The notes under the pieces: generated by a model
What the model saw: only the letters and a program-made list of their open reading frames with translations
Databases searched by the model: none
What the model was told of the DNA's origin: nothing
Assembly: GCF_022045235.1 (NCBI RefSeq)
Contig: NW_027266330.1
Span: 31,682,001 to 31,746,000, forward strand
DNA length: 64,000 bases
Origin: Haliotis cracherodii
Lineage: Eukaryota
Direction of reading: 5' to 3'
Made by a program: the position numbers and the translations under genes
Shown here: in pieces, positions 44,139-59,490 of the stretch
How the letters are laid out: each line of letters opens with the position of its first letter
Position numbering within the stretch: the stretch's first letter is position 1

Positions 44139-44760
44139 ATGGATCCAGTTCAAGTTGCCATCAAGCTGAGACGACTCCTTATTGCCCACGACAATGCAGT
44201 GAAAGAGATCCTGACATTAGGTAAATATGAACTGTGCTCTTTTTCAGTCCCCTGCAAGCATTGCAATATCGGTATCACACTGAATTTTAGAATTGAACAA
44301 AATAAAATGATATTGTTGTGAACACATTTACCGAGATTTCTAATTACCCGTTTTATTGTTTTCAGATACCCAAGTCTACTATCTGATGCGGAAGATGACA
44401 GCCAACTCCTCCAACAACTGCATAATCCGAGGTGAACAGCTGATCCAGAGACGATGGGTGCTGGAAGGTGTCAAGGAGATGTTTACCATCTACAGACAAC
44501 TCAAGTGGCAAGAGGTGCAAGCCTGTGTAAACGCCATCACCAAAGATGCTTCTGGAGAGAGTGATTCGGAGGCGGACTGGAATGCAGATACCTCTTTCAA
44601 TGACGATGAAGCTTCCTTCACGGAACTCCTGTCCGACAGCTCATATAGTGAGGACGACGAAGACCAGGGAGACCTATACAGCAACGACAGCAGCTACGAT
44701 ATGACGACTCTCAGTCGAGCTTTGTCTGTAGACGACAGTGCACTTCATAGAAACGCCTAA
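44139..44760 (+). CDS. Array gene copy 10 (downstream of LINE D, own promoter deleted), join(44139..44220,44366..44760)
   Basis: Intact frame. Confidence 0.8.
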
Positions 44761-45000
44761 GGGAAATCACAAGTCCCATCCACATCAACTAGTGCTGCAT
44801 TTACCTTGTTATTCATTTTTTGTTATTGTACACAAATGTTGCCTGACAGTGTGCAAAGGGCATCCTATTATATTGTAAACCACATTTGTTTGTTGATGAA
44901 TATGCTGAGGAAATAAATAATGAAGTCGATATTATAATCTTGATCATTTGCTGACACGCTCACGACATCTTGGAGACATCATTCGCATAGAAAGTTTGTG

Positions 45001-45001
<1 letters not shown>

Positions 45002-45045
<44 letters not shown>
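45002..45045 (+). repeat. (GA)n microsatellite; present with variable length in every unit
   Basis: Short in left units (e.g. ~1405-1415), long in right units; a major source of unit-length variation. Confidence 0.95.
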
Positions 45046-45051
<6 letters not shown>

Positions 45052-46707
45052 TAATTTGAGATGGTATCTCACAATACCAAGCCTTCCATCATTTTACTTG
45101 GTTCTGAGTATGGCAATCATTCGAAGATATCGTCCTTAATCTATTCTTTGAAATAGGAAAAGATACAGACTAATCAATTGAAATGAAACACATTAGGTAT
45201 TGATGGAGAAGAAGAGATTCCAAGGTAATGGTTGCACCATAACATTAAATACAGTTTGGAGCGTTGCAATTCGTTTGCCCGTATCCATGCCGATCCTATA
45301 GCAAAAGGATTTAGACAGACGAACCACAACCCCATATGATATTCATCTGAGAGAGATATATGCCAGGTTGTATTTCATATTATCAGAGCATTTAATTGTT
45401 TCTCTTTCTTTTTGCAATGTACATGCCCAAGTGCTTAAGGAGAGAGTCATGCATGTTAAAAAGTGTCAATGCACACAACATGCAAAACAAAAGGAAATTG
45501 AAACATTGACATCAACACAGGCCAAATAACATTTTTGATCCAAGTCAGCACTTGATGAATACTATTCCCCTGAAAGCACTAAAAAGTAAAGATCAGAATA
45601 TCCTGACATGAAACAGTGGGATTCTTTCAAAAACAATGCTAACAACGTGCTTATGTTTATCTAGCAACATACTCCAATTTCCATCATGTGCTTTAACAGC
45701 ATTCTGTATTCAAAGATATAAATCATGACACAGTGCTTTGTAATTCTCCCCAAAACATGACAGTTATACACTGAAGATGATGTCTCTAGATCATTTAACA
45801 CACATAAACTTTATTGTACATGCCTATTTATTTATATAGTAACCTTTTAAGTACCCGACGTCCACCCAAAAGCTTCTAAGATGGTAAATATCCAGATACT
45901 TAAGCCAAATGAGCTGCTTCAATTATACCATGATGATGGTATTCATCAAAAATAGTATTTGAAATGCTTCAAAACATACGTGCTGTATTTCGATCATGTA
46001 AGACGGGTTGGGAAAATGCTCAGATTAACATAGCATTTACGACCTCCAACAGATGTGTACAATAAGTTCCAGATTTGACTGTACATGTATTCACTTTGCC
46101 TTTGCCTACCTGATTAAGGATTTTTTAGGATTGTGGACATGGTTTTCTCGGCTTTTTTAATTGAAACTAAACGTTCAGAGAAGCATGCATCAGACGATTT
46201 CCAAGCTGATAGAAGTTTCTGTGACTTGGTTTCTGTGGAAGCGAAAGTAACCACATCGGATTTTTAAGTAATACAATGTACTGCACCGTTTGATCAATCC
46301 CGATTTAATCAATTAACAATGATTGATAATCCCTGGAGATAACAGGACTAGATTGGTTGAACTCTTCTCAGACCTGTCCCTTTATACGGAAACTTGTTTT
46401 GACAAGAAGTTGATTGGTTTCTCAAGTGGACAGTGAGATTCCTTTCGGATCAAAGCCGAATGAAGTTGCAGTGTAGCTTTGATCTCGCCACTGGCTTCGA
46501 AAATGCTCTCTTTGATCTATAAATCTCTACTACTATGTTTATACTAAGGGTAAGTATAAATGTTTTGCAAGGACTGGAGTCCTTCACTGCATCTCAATCC
46601 GTGAGAACGAACACATCTACTTTCCAATTATCTAAATTTGGCGCTACTGAATTCCTGTAGTATTACATCCGACTGCATTCTAGTGTTGTGTCCGAAGGCC
46701 CTAGAAA

Positions 46708-47329
46708 ATGGATCCAGTTCAAGTTGCCATCAAGCTGAGACGACTCCTTATTGCCCACGACAATGCAGTGAAAGAGATCCTGACATTAGGTAAATATGAA
46801 CTGTGCTCTTTTTCAGTCCCCTGCAAGCATTGCAATATCGGTATCACACTGAATTTTAGAATTGAACAAAATAAAATGATATTGTTGTGAACACATTTAC
46901 CGAGATTTCTAATTACCCGTTTTATTGTTTTCAGATACCCAAGTCTACTATCTGATGCGGAAGATGACAGCCAACTCCTCCAACAACTGCATAATCCGAG
47001 GTGAACAGCTGATCCAGAGACGATGGGTGCTGGAAGGTGTCAAGGAGATGTTTACCATCTACAGACAACTCAAGTGGCAAGAGGTGCAAGCCTGTGTAAA
47101 CGCCATCACCAAAGATGCTTCTGGAGAGAGTGATTCGGAGGCGGACTGGAATGCAGATACCTCTTTCAATGACGATGAAGCTTCCTTCACGGAACTCCTG
47201 TCCGACAGCTCATATAGTGAGGACGACGAAGACCAGGGAGACCTATACAGCAACGACAGCAGCTACGATATGACGACTCTCAGTCGAGCTTTGTCTGTAG
47301 ACGACAGTGCACTTCATAGAAACGCCTAA
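46708..47329 (+). CDS. Array gene copy 11, join(46708..46789,46935..47329)
   Basis: Same structure, intact. Confidence 0.85.
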
Positions 47330-47569
47330 GGGAAATCACAAGTCCCATCCACATCAACTAGTGCTGCATTTACCTTGTTATTCATTTTTTGTTATTGTAC
47401 ACAAATGTTGCCTGACAGTGTGCAAAGGGCATCCTATTATATTGTAAACCACATTTGTTTGTTGATGAATATGCTGAGGAAATAAATAATGAAGTCGATA
47501 TTATAATCTTGATCATTTGCTGACACGCTCACGACATCTTGGAGACATCATTCGCATAGAAAGTTTGTG

Positions 47570-47612
<43 letters not shown>

Positions 47613-49268
47613 TAATTTGAGATGGTATCTCACAATACCAAGCCTTCCATCATTTTACTTGGTTCTGAGTATGGCAATCATTCGAAGATATCGTCCTTAA
47701 TCTATTCTTTGAAATAGGAAAAGATACAGACTAATCAATTGAAATGAAACACATTAGGTATTGATGGAGAAGAAGAGATTCCAAGGTAATGGTTGCACCA
47801 TAACATTAAATACAGTTTGGAGCGTTGCAATTCGTTTGCCCGTATCCATGCCGATCCTATAGCAAAAGGATTTAGACAGACGAACCACAACCCCATATGA
47901 TATTCATCTGAGAGAGATATATGCCAGGTTGTATTTCATATTATCAGAGCATTTAATTGTTTCTCTTTCTTTTTGCAATGTACATGCCCAAGTGCTTAAG
48001 GAGAGAGTCATGCATGTTAAAAAGTGTCAATGCACACAACATGCAAAACAAAAGGAAATTGAAACATTGACATCAACACAGGCCAAATAACATTTTTGAT
48101 CCAAGTCAGCACTTGATGAATACTATTCCCCTGAAAGCACTAAAAAGTAAAGATCAGAATATCCTGACATGAAACAGTGGGATTCTTTCAAAAACAATGC
48201 TAACAACGTGCTTATGTTTATCTAGCAACATACTCCAATTTCCATCATGTGCTTTAACAGCATTCTGTATTCAAAGATATAAATCATGACACAGTGCTTT
48301 GTAATTCTCCCCAAAACATGACAGTTATACACTGAAGATGATGTCTCTAGATCATTTAACACACATAAACTTTATTGTACATGCCTATTTATTTATATAG
48401 TAACCTTTTAAGTACCCGACGTCCACCCAAAAGCTTCTAAGATGGTAAATATCCAGATACTTAAGCCAAATGAGCTGCTTCAATTATACCATGATGATGG
48501 TATTCATCAAAAATAGTATTTGAAATGCTTCAAAACATACGTGCTGTATTTCGATCATGTAAGACGGGTTGGGAAAATGCTCAGATTAACATAGCATTTA
48601 CGACCTCCAACAGATGTGTACAATAAGTTCCAGATTTGACTGTACATGTATTCACTTTGCCTTTGCCTACCTGATTAAGGATTTTTTAGGATTGTGGACA
48701 TGGTTTTCTCGGCTTTTTTAATTGAAACTAAACGTTCAGAGAAGCATGCATCAGACGATTTCCAAGCTGATAGAAGTTTCTGTGACTTGGTTTCTGTGGA
48801 AGCGAAAGTAACCACATCGGATTTTTAAGTAATACAATGTACTGCACCGTTTGATCAATCCCGATTTAATCAATTAACAATGATTGATAATCCCTGGAGA
48901 TAACAGGACTAGATTGGTTGAACTCTTCTCAGACCTGTCCCTTTATACGGAAACTTGTTTTGACAAGAAGTTGATTGGTTTCTCAAGTGGACAGTGAGAT
49001 TCCTTTCGGATCAAAGCCGAATGAAGTTGCAGTGTAGCTTTGATCTCGCCACTGGCTTCGAAAATGCTCTCTTTGATCTATAAATCTCTACTACTATGTT
49101 TATACTAAGGGTAAGTATAAATGTTTTGCAAGGACTGGAGTCCTTCACTGCATCTCAATCCGTGAGAACGAACACATCTACTTTCCAATTATCTAAATTT
49201 GGCGCTACTGAATTCCTGTAGTATTACATCCGACTGCATTCTAGTGTTGTGTCCGAAGGCCCTAGAAA

Positions 49269-49890
49269 ATGGATCCAGTTCAAGTTGCCATCAAGCTGAG
49301 ACGACTCCTTATTGCCCACGACAATGCAGTGAAAGAGATCCTGACATTAGGTAAATATGAACTGTGCTCTTTTTCAGTCCCCTGCAAGCATTGCAATATC
49401 GGTATCACACTGAATTTTAGAATTGAACAAAATAAAATGATATTGTTGTGAACACATTTACCGAGATTTCTAATTACCCGTTTTATTGTTTTCAGATACC
49501 CAAGTCTACTATCTGATGCGGAAGATGACAGCCAACTCCTCCAACAACTGCATAATCCGAGGTGAACAGCTGATCCAGAGACGATGGGTGCTGGAAGGTG
49601 TCAAGGAGATGTTTACCATCTACAGACAACTCAAGTGGCAAGAGGTGCAAGCCTGTGTAAACGCCATCACCAAAGATGCTTCTGGAGAGAGTGATTCGGA
49701 GGCGGACTGGAATGCAGATACCTCTTTCAATGACGATGAAGCTTCCTTCACGGAACTCCTGTCCGACAGCTCATATAGTGAGGACGACGAAGACCAGGGA
49801 GACCTATACAGCAACGACAGCAGCTACGATATGACGACTCTCAGTCGAGCTTTGTCTGTAGACGACAGTGCACTTCATAGAAACGCCTAA
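49269..49890 (+). CDS. Array gene copy 12, join(49269..49350,49496..49890)
   Basis: Same structure, intact. Confidence 0.85.
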
Positions 49891-50130
49891 GGGAAATCAC
49901 AAGTCCCATCCACATCAACTAGTGCTGCATTTACCTTGTTATTCATTTTTTGTTATTGTACACAAATGTTGCCTGACAGTGTGCAAAGGGCATCCTATTA
50001 TATTGTAAACCACATTTGTTTGTTGATGAATATGCTGAGGAAATAAATAATGAAGTCGATATTATAATCTTGATCATTTGCTGACACGCTCACGACATCT
50101 TGGAGACATCATTCGCATAGAAAGTTTGTG

Positions 50131-50181
<51 letters not shown>

Positions 50182-51837
50182 TAATTTGAGATGGTATCTC
50201 ACAATACCAAGCCTTCCATCATTTTACTTGGTTCTGAGTATGGCAATCATTCGAAGATATCGTCCTTAATCTATTCTTTGAAATAGGAAAAGATACAGAC
50301 TAATCAATTGAAATGAAACACATTAGGTATTGATGGAGAAGAAGAGATTCCAAGGTAATGGTTGCACCATAACATTAAATACAGTTTGGAGCGTTGCAAT
50401 TCGTTTGCCCGTATCCATGCCGATCCTATAGCAAAAGGATTTAGACAGACGAACCACAACCCCATATGATATTCATCTGAGAGAGATATATGCCAGGTTG
50501 TATTTCATATTATCAGAGCATTTAATTGTTTCTCTTTCTTTTTGCAATGTACATGCCCAAGTGCTTAAGGAGAGAGTCATGCATGTTAAAAAGTGTCAAT
50601 GCACACAACATGCAAAACAAAAGGAAATTGAAACATTGACATCAACACAGGCCAAATAACATTTTTGATCCAAGTCAGCACTTGATGAATACTATTCCCC
50701 TGAAAGCACTAAAAAGTAAAGATCAGAATATCCTGACATGAAACAGTGGGATTCTTTCAAAAACAATGCTAACAACGTGCTTATGTTTATCTAGCAACAT
50801 ACTCCAATTTCCATCATGTGCTTTAACAGCATTCTGTATTCAAAGATATAAATCATGACACAGTGCTTTGTAATTCTCCCCAAAACATGACAGTTATACA
50901 CTGAAGATGATGTCTCTAGATCATTTAACACACATAAACTTTATTGTACATGCCTATTTATTTATATAGTAACCTTTTAAGTACCCGACGTCCACCCAAA
51001 AGCTTCTAAGATGGTAAATATCCAGATACTTAAGCCAAATGAGCTGCTTCAATTATACCATGATGATGGTATTCATCAAAAATAGTATTTGAAATGCTTC
51101 AAAACATACGTGCTGTATTTCGATCATGTAAGACGGGTTGGGAAAATGCTCAGATTAACATAGCATTTACGACCTCCAACAGATGTGTACAATAAGTTCC
51201 AGATTTGACTGTACATGTATTCACTTTGCCTTTGCCTACCTGATTAAGGATTTTTTAGGATTGTGGACATGGTTTTCTCGGCTTTTTTAATTGAAACTAA
51301 ACGTTCAGAGAAGCATGCATCAGACGATTTCCAAGCTGATAGAAGTTTCTGTGACTTGGTTTCTGTGGAAGCGAAAGTAACCACATCGGATTTTTAAGTA
51401 ATACAATGTACTGCACCGTTTGATCAATCCCGATTTAATCAATTAACAATGATTGATAATCCCTGGAGATAACAGGACTAGATTGGTTGAACTCTTCTCA
51501 GACCTGTCCCTTTATACGGAAACTTGTTTTGACAAGAAGTTGATTGGTTTCTCAAGTGGACAGTGAGATTCCTTTCGGATCAAAGCCGAATGAAGTTGCA
51601 GTGTAGCTTTGATCTCGCCACTGGCTTCGAAAATGCTCTCTTTGATCTATAAATCTCTACTACTATGTTTATACTAAGGGTAAGTATAAATGTTTTGCAA
51701 GGACTGGAGTCCTTCACTGCATCTCAATCCGTGAAAACGAACACATCTACTTTCCAATTATCTAAATTTGGCGCTACTGAATTCCTGTAGTATTACATCC
51801 GACTGCATTCTAGTGTTGTGTCCGAAGGCCCTAGAAA

Positions 51838-52459
51838 ATGGATCCAGTTCAAGTTGCCATCAAGCTGAGACGACTCCTTATTGCCCACGACAATGCAGTG
51901 AAAGAGATCCTGACATTAGGTAAATATGAACTGTGCTCTTTTTCAGTCCCCTGCAAGCATTGCAATATCAGTATCACACTGAATTTTAGAATTGAACAAA
52001 ATAAAATGATATTGTTGTGAACACATTTACCGAGATTTCTAATTACCCGTTTTATTGTTTTCAGATACCCAAGTCTACTATCTGATGCGGAAGATGACAG
52101 CCAACTCCTCCAACAACTGCATAATCCGAGGTGAACAGCTGATCCAGAGACGATGGGTGCTGGAAGGTGTCAAGGAGATGTTTACCATCTACAGACAACT
52201 CAAGTGGCAAGAGGTGCAAGCCTGTGTAAACGCCATCACCAAAGATGCTTCTGGAGAGAGTGATTCGGAGGCGGACGGGAATGCAGATACCTCTTTCAAT
52301 GACGATGAAGCTTCCTTCACGGAACTCCTGTCCGACAGCTCATATAGTGAGGACGACGAAGACCAGGGAGACCTATACAGCAACGACAGCAGCTACGATA
52401 TGACGACTCTCAGTCGAGCTTTGTCTGTAGACGACAGTGCACTTCATAGAAACGCCTAA
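51838..52459 (+). CDS. Array gene copy 13, join(51838..51919,52065..52459)
   Basis: Same structure, intact. Confidence 0.85.
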
Positions 52460-52692
52460 GGGAAATCACAAGTCCCATCCACATCAACTAGTGCTGCATT
52501 TACCTTGTTATTCATTTTTTGTTATTGTACACAAATGTTGCCTGACAGTGTGCAAAGGGCATCCTATTATATTGTAAACCACATTTGTTTGTTGATGAAT
52601 ATGCTGAGGAAATAAATAATGAAGTCGATATTATAATCTTGATCATTTGCTGACACGCTCACGACATCTTGAAGACATCATTCGCATAGAAA

Positions 52693-52736
<44 letters not shown>

Positions 52737-54392
52737 TAATTTGAGATGGTATCTCACAATACCAAGCCTTCCATCATTTTACTTGGTTCTGAGTATGGCA
52801 ATCATTCGAAGATATCGTCCTTAATCTATTCTTTGAAATAGGAAAAGATACAGACTAATCAATTGAAATGAAACACATTAGGTATTGATGGAGAAGAAGA
52901 GATTCCAAGGTAATGGTTGCACCATAACATTAAATACAGTTTGGAGCGTTGCAATTCGTTTGCCCGTATCCATGCCGATCCTATAGCAAAAGGATTTAGA
53001 CAGACGAACCACAACCCCATATGATAGTCATCTGAGAGAGATATATGCCAGGTTGTATTTCATATTATCAGAGCATTTAATTGTTTCTCTTTCTTTTTGC
53101 AATGTACATGCCCAAGTGCTTAAGGAGAGAGTCATGCATGTTAAAAAGTGTCAATGCACACAGCATGCAAAACAAAAGGAAATTGAAACATTGACATCAA
53201 CACAGGCCAAATAACATTTTTGATCCAAGTCAGCACTTGATGAATACTATTCCCCTGAAAGCACTAAAAAGTAAAGATCAGAATATCCTGACATGAAACA
53301 GTGGGCATCTTTCAAAAACAATGCTAACAACGTGCTTATGTTTATCTAGCAACATACTCCAATTTCCATCATGTGCTTTAACAGCATTCTGTATTCAAAG
53401 ATATAAATCATGACACAGTGCTTTGTAATTCTCCCCAAAACATGACAGTTATACACTGAAGATGATGTCTCTAGATCATTTAACACACATAAACTTTATT
53501 GTACATGCCTATTTATTTATATAGTAACCTTTTAAGTACCCGACGTCCACCCAAAAGCTTCTAAGATGGTAAATATCCAGATACTTAAGCCAAATGAGCT
53601 GCTTCAATTATACCATGATGATGGTATTCATCAAAAATAGTATTTGAAATGCTTCAAAACATACGTGCTGTATTTCGATCATGTAAGACTGGTTGGGAAA
53701 ATGCTCAGATTAACATAGCATTTACGACCTCCAACAGATGTGTACAATAAGTTCCAGATTTGACTGTACATGTATTCACTTTGCCTTTGCCTACCTGATT
53801 AAGGATTTTTTAGGATTGTGGACATGGTTTTCTCGGCTTTTTTAATTGAAACTAAACGTTCAGAGAAGCATGCATCAGACGATTTCCAAGCTGATAGAAG
53901 TTTCTGTGACTTGGTTTCTGTGGAAGCGAAAGTAACCACATCGGATTTTTAAGTAATACAATGTACTGCACCGTTTGATCAATCCCGATTTAATCAATTA
54001 ACAATGATTGATAATCCCTGGAGATAACAGGACTAGATTGGTTGAACTCTTCTCAGACCTGTCCCTTTATACGGAAACTTGTTTTGACAAGAAGTTGATT
54101 GGTTTCTCAAGTGGACAGTGAGATTCCTTTCGGATCAAAGCCGAATGAAGTTGCAGTGTAGCTTTGATCTCGCCACTGGCTTCGAAAATGCTCTCTTTGA
54201 TCTATAAATCTCTACTACTATGTTTATACTAAGGGTAAGTATAAATGTTTTGCACGGACTGGAGTCCTTCACTGCATCTCAATCCGTGAGAACGAACACA
54301 TCTACTTTCCAATTATCTAAATTTGGCGCTACTGAATTCCTGTAGTATTACATCCGACTGCATTCTAGTGTTGTGTCCGAAGGCCCTAGAAA

Positions 54393-55014
54393 ATGGATCC
54401 AGTTCAAGTTGCCATCAAGCTGAGACGACTCCTTATTGCCCACGACAATGCAGTGAAAGAGATCCTGACATTAGGTAGATATGAACTGTGCTCTTTTTCA
54501 GTCCCCTGCAAACATGGCAATATCGGTATCACACTGAATTTTAGAATTGAACAAAATAAAATGATATTGTTGTGAACACATTTACCGAGATTTCTAATTA
54601 CCCGTTTTATTGTTTTCAGATACCCAAGTCTACTATCTGATGCGGAAGATGACAGCCAACTCCTCCAACAACTGCATAATCCGAGGTGAACAGCTGATCC
54701 AGAGACGATGGGTGCTGGAAGGTGTCAAGGAGATGTTTACCATCTACAGACAACTCAAGTGGCAAGAGGTGCAAGCCTGTGTAAACGCCATCACCAAAGA
54801 TGCTTCTGGAGAGAGTGACTCGGAGGCGGACTGGAATGCAGATACCTCTTTCAATGACGATGAAGCTTCCTTCACGGAACTCCTGTCCGACAGCTCATGT
54901 AGTGAGGACGACGAAGACCAGGGAGACCTATACAGCAACGACAGCAGCTACGATATGACGACTCTCAGTCGAGCTTTGTCTGTAGACGACAGTGCACTTC
55001 ATAGAAACGCCTAA
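54393..55014 (+). CDS. Array gene copy 14, join(54393..54474,54620..55014)
   Basis: Same structure; donor variant GTAGAT. Confidence 0.83.
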
Positions 55015-56941
55015 GGGAAATCACAAGTCCCATCCACATCAACTAGTGCTGCATTTACCTTGTTATTCATTTTTTGTTATTGTACACAAATGTTGCCTGA
55101 CAGTGTGCAAAGGGCATCCTATTATATTGTAAACCACATTTGTTTGTTGATGAATATGCTGAGGAAATAAATAATGAAGTCGATATTATAATCTTGATCA
55201 TTTGCTGACACGCTCACGACATCTTGAAGACATCATTCGCATAGAAAGTTTGTGAGAGACAGAGAGAGAGAGAGAGAGAAAAGGTTAATTTGAGATGGTA
55301 TCTCACAATACCAAGCCTTCCATCATTTTACTTGGTTCTGAGTATGGCAATCATTCGAAGATATCGTCCTTAATCTATTCTTTGAAATAGGAAAAGATAC
55401 AGACTAATCAATTGAAATGAAACACATTAGGTATTGATGGAGAAGAAGAGATTCCAAGGTAATGGTTGCACCATAACATTAAATACAGTTTGGAGCGTTG
55501 CAATTCGTTTGCCCGTATCCATGCCGATCCTATAGCAAAAGGATTTAGACAGACGAACCACAACCCCATATGATATTCATCTGAGAGAGATATATGCCAG
55601 GTTGTATTTCATATTATCAGAGCATTTAATTGTTTCTCTTTCTTTTTGCAATGTACATGCCCAAGTGCTTAAGGAGAGAGTCATGCATGTTAAAAAGTGT
55701 CAATGCACACAGCATGCAAAACAAAAGGAAATTGAAACATTGACATCAACACAGGCCAAATAACATTTTTGATCCAAGTCAGCACTTGATGAATACTATT
55801 CCCCTGAAAGCACTAAAAAGTAAAGATCAGAATATCCTGACATGAAACAGTGGGCATCTTTCAAAAACAATGCTAACAACGTGCTTATGTTTATCTAGCA
55901 ACATACTCCAATTTCCATCATGTGCTTTAACAGCATTCTGTATTCAAAGATATAAATCATGACACAGTGCTTTGTAATTCTCCCCAAAACATGACAGTTA
56001 TACACTGAAGATGATGTCTCTAGATCATTTAACACACATAAACTTTATTGTACATGCCTATTTATTTATATAGTAACCTTTTAAGTACCCGACGTCCACC
56101 CAAAAGCTTCTAAGATGGTAAATATCCAGATACTTAAGCCAAATGAGCTGCTTCAATTATACCATGATGATGGTATTCATCAAAAATAGTATTTGAAATG
56201 CTTCAAAACATACGTGCTGTATTTCGATCATGTAAGACTGGTTGGGAAAATGCTCAGATTAACATAGCATTTACGACCTCCAACAGATGTGTACAATAAG
56301 TTCCAGATTTGACTGTACATGTATTCACTTTGCCTTTGCCTACCTGATTAAGGATTTTTTAGGATTGTGGACATGGTTTTCTCGGCTTTTTTAATTGAAA
56401 CTAAACGTTCAGAGAAGCATGCATCAGACGATTTCCAAGCTGATAGAAGTTTCTGTGACTTGGTTTCTGTGGAAGCGAAAGTAACCACATCGGATTTTTA
56501 AGTAATACAATGTACTGCACCGTTTGATCAATCCCGATTTAATCAATTAACAATGATTGATAATCCCTGGAGATAACAGGACTAGATTGGTTGAACTCTT
56601 CTCAGACCTGTCCCTTTATACGGAAACTTGTTTTGACAAGAAGTTGATTGGTTTCTCAAGTGGACAGTGAGATTCCTTTCGGATCAAAGCCGAATGAAGT
56701 TGCAGTGTAGCTTTGATCTCGCCACTGGCTTCGAAAATGCTCTCTTTGATCTATAAATCTCTACTACTATGTTTATACTAAGGGTAAGTATAAATGTTTT
56801 GCACGGACTGGAGTCCTTCACTGCATCTCAATCCGTGAGAACGAACACATCTACTTTCCAATTATCTAAATTTGGCGCTACTGAATTCCTGTAGTATTAC
56901 ATCCGACTGCATTCTAGTGTTGTGTCCGAAGGCCCTAGAAA

Positions 56942-57563
56942 ATGGATCCAGTTCAAGTTGCCATCAAGCTGAGACGACTCCTTATTGCCCACGACAATGC
57001 AGTGAAAGAGATCCTGACATTAGGTAAATATGAACTGTGCTCTTTTTCAGTCCCCTGCAAACATGGCAATATCGGTATCACACTGAATTTTAGAATTGAA
57101 CAAAATAAAATGATATTGTTGTGAACACATTTACCGAGATTTCTAATTACCCGTTTTATTGTTTTCAGATACCCAAGTCTACTATCTGATGCGGAAGATG
57201 ACAGCCAACTCCTCCAACAACTGCATAATCCGAGGTGAACAGCTGATCCAGAGACGATGGGTGCTGGAAGGTGTCAAGGAGATGTTTACCATCTACAGAC
57301 AACTCAAGTGGCAAGAGGTGCAAGCCTGTGTAAACGCCATCACCAAAGATGCTTCTGGAGAGAGTGACTCGGAGGCGGACTGGAATGCAGATACCTCTTT
57401 CAATGACGATGAAGCTTCCTTCACGGAACTCCTGTCCGACAGCTCATGTAGTGAGGACGACGAAGACCAGGGAGACCTATACAGCAACGACAGCAGCTAC
57501 GATATGACGACTCTCAGTCGAGCTTTGTCTGTAGACGACAGTGCACTTCATAGAAACGCCTAA
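56942..57563 (+). CDS. Array gene copy 15, join(56942..57023,57169..57563)
   Basis: Same structure, intact. Confidence 0.85.
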
Positions 57564-59490
57564 GGGAAATCACAAGTCCCATCCACATCAACTAGTGCTG
57601 CATTTACCTTGTTATTCATTTTTTGTTATTGTACACAAATGTTGCCTGACAGTGTGCAAAGGGCATCCTATTATATTGTAAACCACATTTGTTTGTTGAT
57701 GAATATGCTGAGGAAATAAATAATGAAGTCGATATTATAATCTTGATCATTTGCTGACACGCTCACGACATCTTGAAGACATCATTCGCATAGAAAGTTT
57801 GTGAGAGACAGAGAGAGACAGAGAGAGAAAAGGTTAATTTGAGATGGTATCTCACAATACCAAGCCTTCCATCATTTTACTTGGTTCTGAGTATGGCAAT
57901 CATTCGAAGATATCGTCCTTAATCTATTCTTTGAAATAGGAAAAGATACAGACTAATCAATTGAAATGAAACACATTAGGTATTGATGGAGAAGAAGAGA
58001 TTCCAAGGTAATGGTTGCACCATAACATTAAATACAGTTTGGAGCGTTGCAATTCGTTTGCCCGTATCCATGCCGATCCTATAGCAAAAGGATTTAGACA
58101 GACGAACCACAACCCCATATGATATTCATCTGAGAGAGATATATGCCAGGTTGTATTTCATATTATCAGAGCATTTAATTGTTTCTCTTTCTTTTTGCAA
58201 TGTACATGCCCAAGTGCTTAAGGAGAGAGTCATGCATGTTAAAAAGTGTCAATGCACACAACATGCAAAACAAAAGGAAATTGAAACATTGACATCAACA
58301 CAGGCCAAATAACATTTTTGATCCAAGTCAGCACTTGATGAATACTATTCCCCTGAAAGCACTAAAAAGTAAAGATCAGAATATCCTGACATGAAACAGT
58401 GGGATTCTTTCAAAAACAATGCTAACAACGTGCTTATGTTTATCTAGCAACATACTCCAATTTCCATCATGTGCTTTAACAGCATTCTGTATTCAAAGAT
58501 ATAAATCATGACACAGTGCTTTGTAATTCTCCCCAAAACATGACAGTTATACACTGAAGATGATGTCTCTAGATCATTTAACACACATAAACTTTATTGT
58601 ACATGCCTATTTATTTATATAGTAACCTTTTAAGTACCCGACGTCCACCCAAAAGCTTCTAAGATGGTAAATATCCAGATACTTAAGCCAAATGAGCTGC
58701 TTCAATTATACCATGATGATGGTATTCATCAAAAATAGTATTTGAAATGCTTCAAAACATACGTGCTGTATTTCGATCATGTAAGACGGGTTGGGAAAAT
58801 GCTCAGATTAACATAGCATTTACGACCTCCAACAGATGTGTACAATAAGTTCCAGATTTGACTGTACATGTATTCACTTTGCCTTTGCCTACCTGATTAA
58901 GGATTTTTTAGGATTGTGGACATGGTTTTCTCGGCTTTTTTAATTGAAACTAAACGTTCAGAGAAGCATGCATCAGACGATTTCCAAGCTGATAGAAGTT
59001 TCTGTGACTTGGTTTCTGTGGAAGCGAAAGTAACCACATCGGATTTTTAAGTAATACAATGTACTGCACCGTTTGATCAATCCCGATTTAATCAATTAAC
59101 AATGATTGATAATCCCTGGAGATAACAGGACTAGATTGGTTGAACTCTTCTCAGACCTGTCCCTTTATACGGAAACTTGTTTTGACAAGAAGTTGATTGG
59201 TTTCTCAAGTGGACAGTGAGATTCCTTTCGGATCAAAGCCGAATGAAGTTGCAGTGTAGCTTTGATCTCGCCACTGGCTTCGAAAATGCTCTCTTTGATC
59301 TATAAATCTCTACTACTATGTTTATACTAAGGGTAAGTATAAATGTTTTGCAAGGACTGGAGTCCTTCACTGCATCTCAATCCGTGAGAACGAACACATC
59401 TACTTTCCAATTATCTAAATTTGGCGCTACTGAATTCCTGTAGTATTACATCCGACTGCATTCTAGTGTTGTGTCCGAAGGCCCTAGAAA

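Noticed and set aside
44948-45139. RE-repeat ORFs
   Set aside because: Translation of the (GA)n microsatellite; frame varies with repeat length
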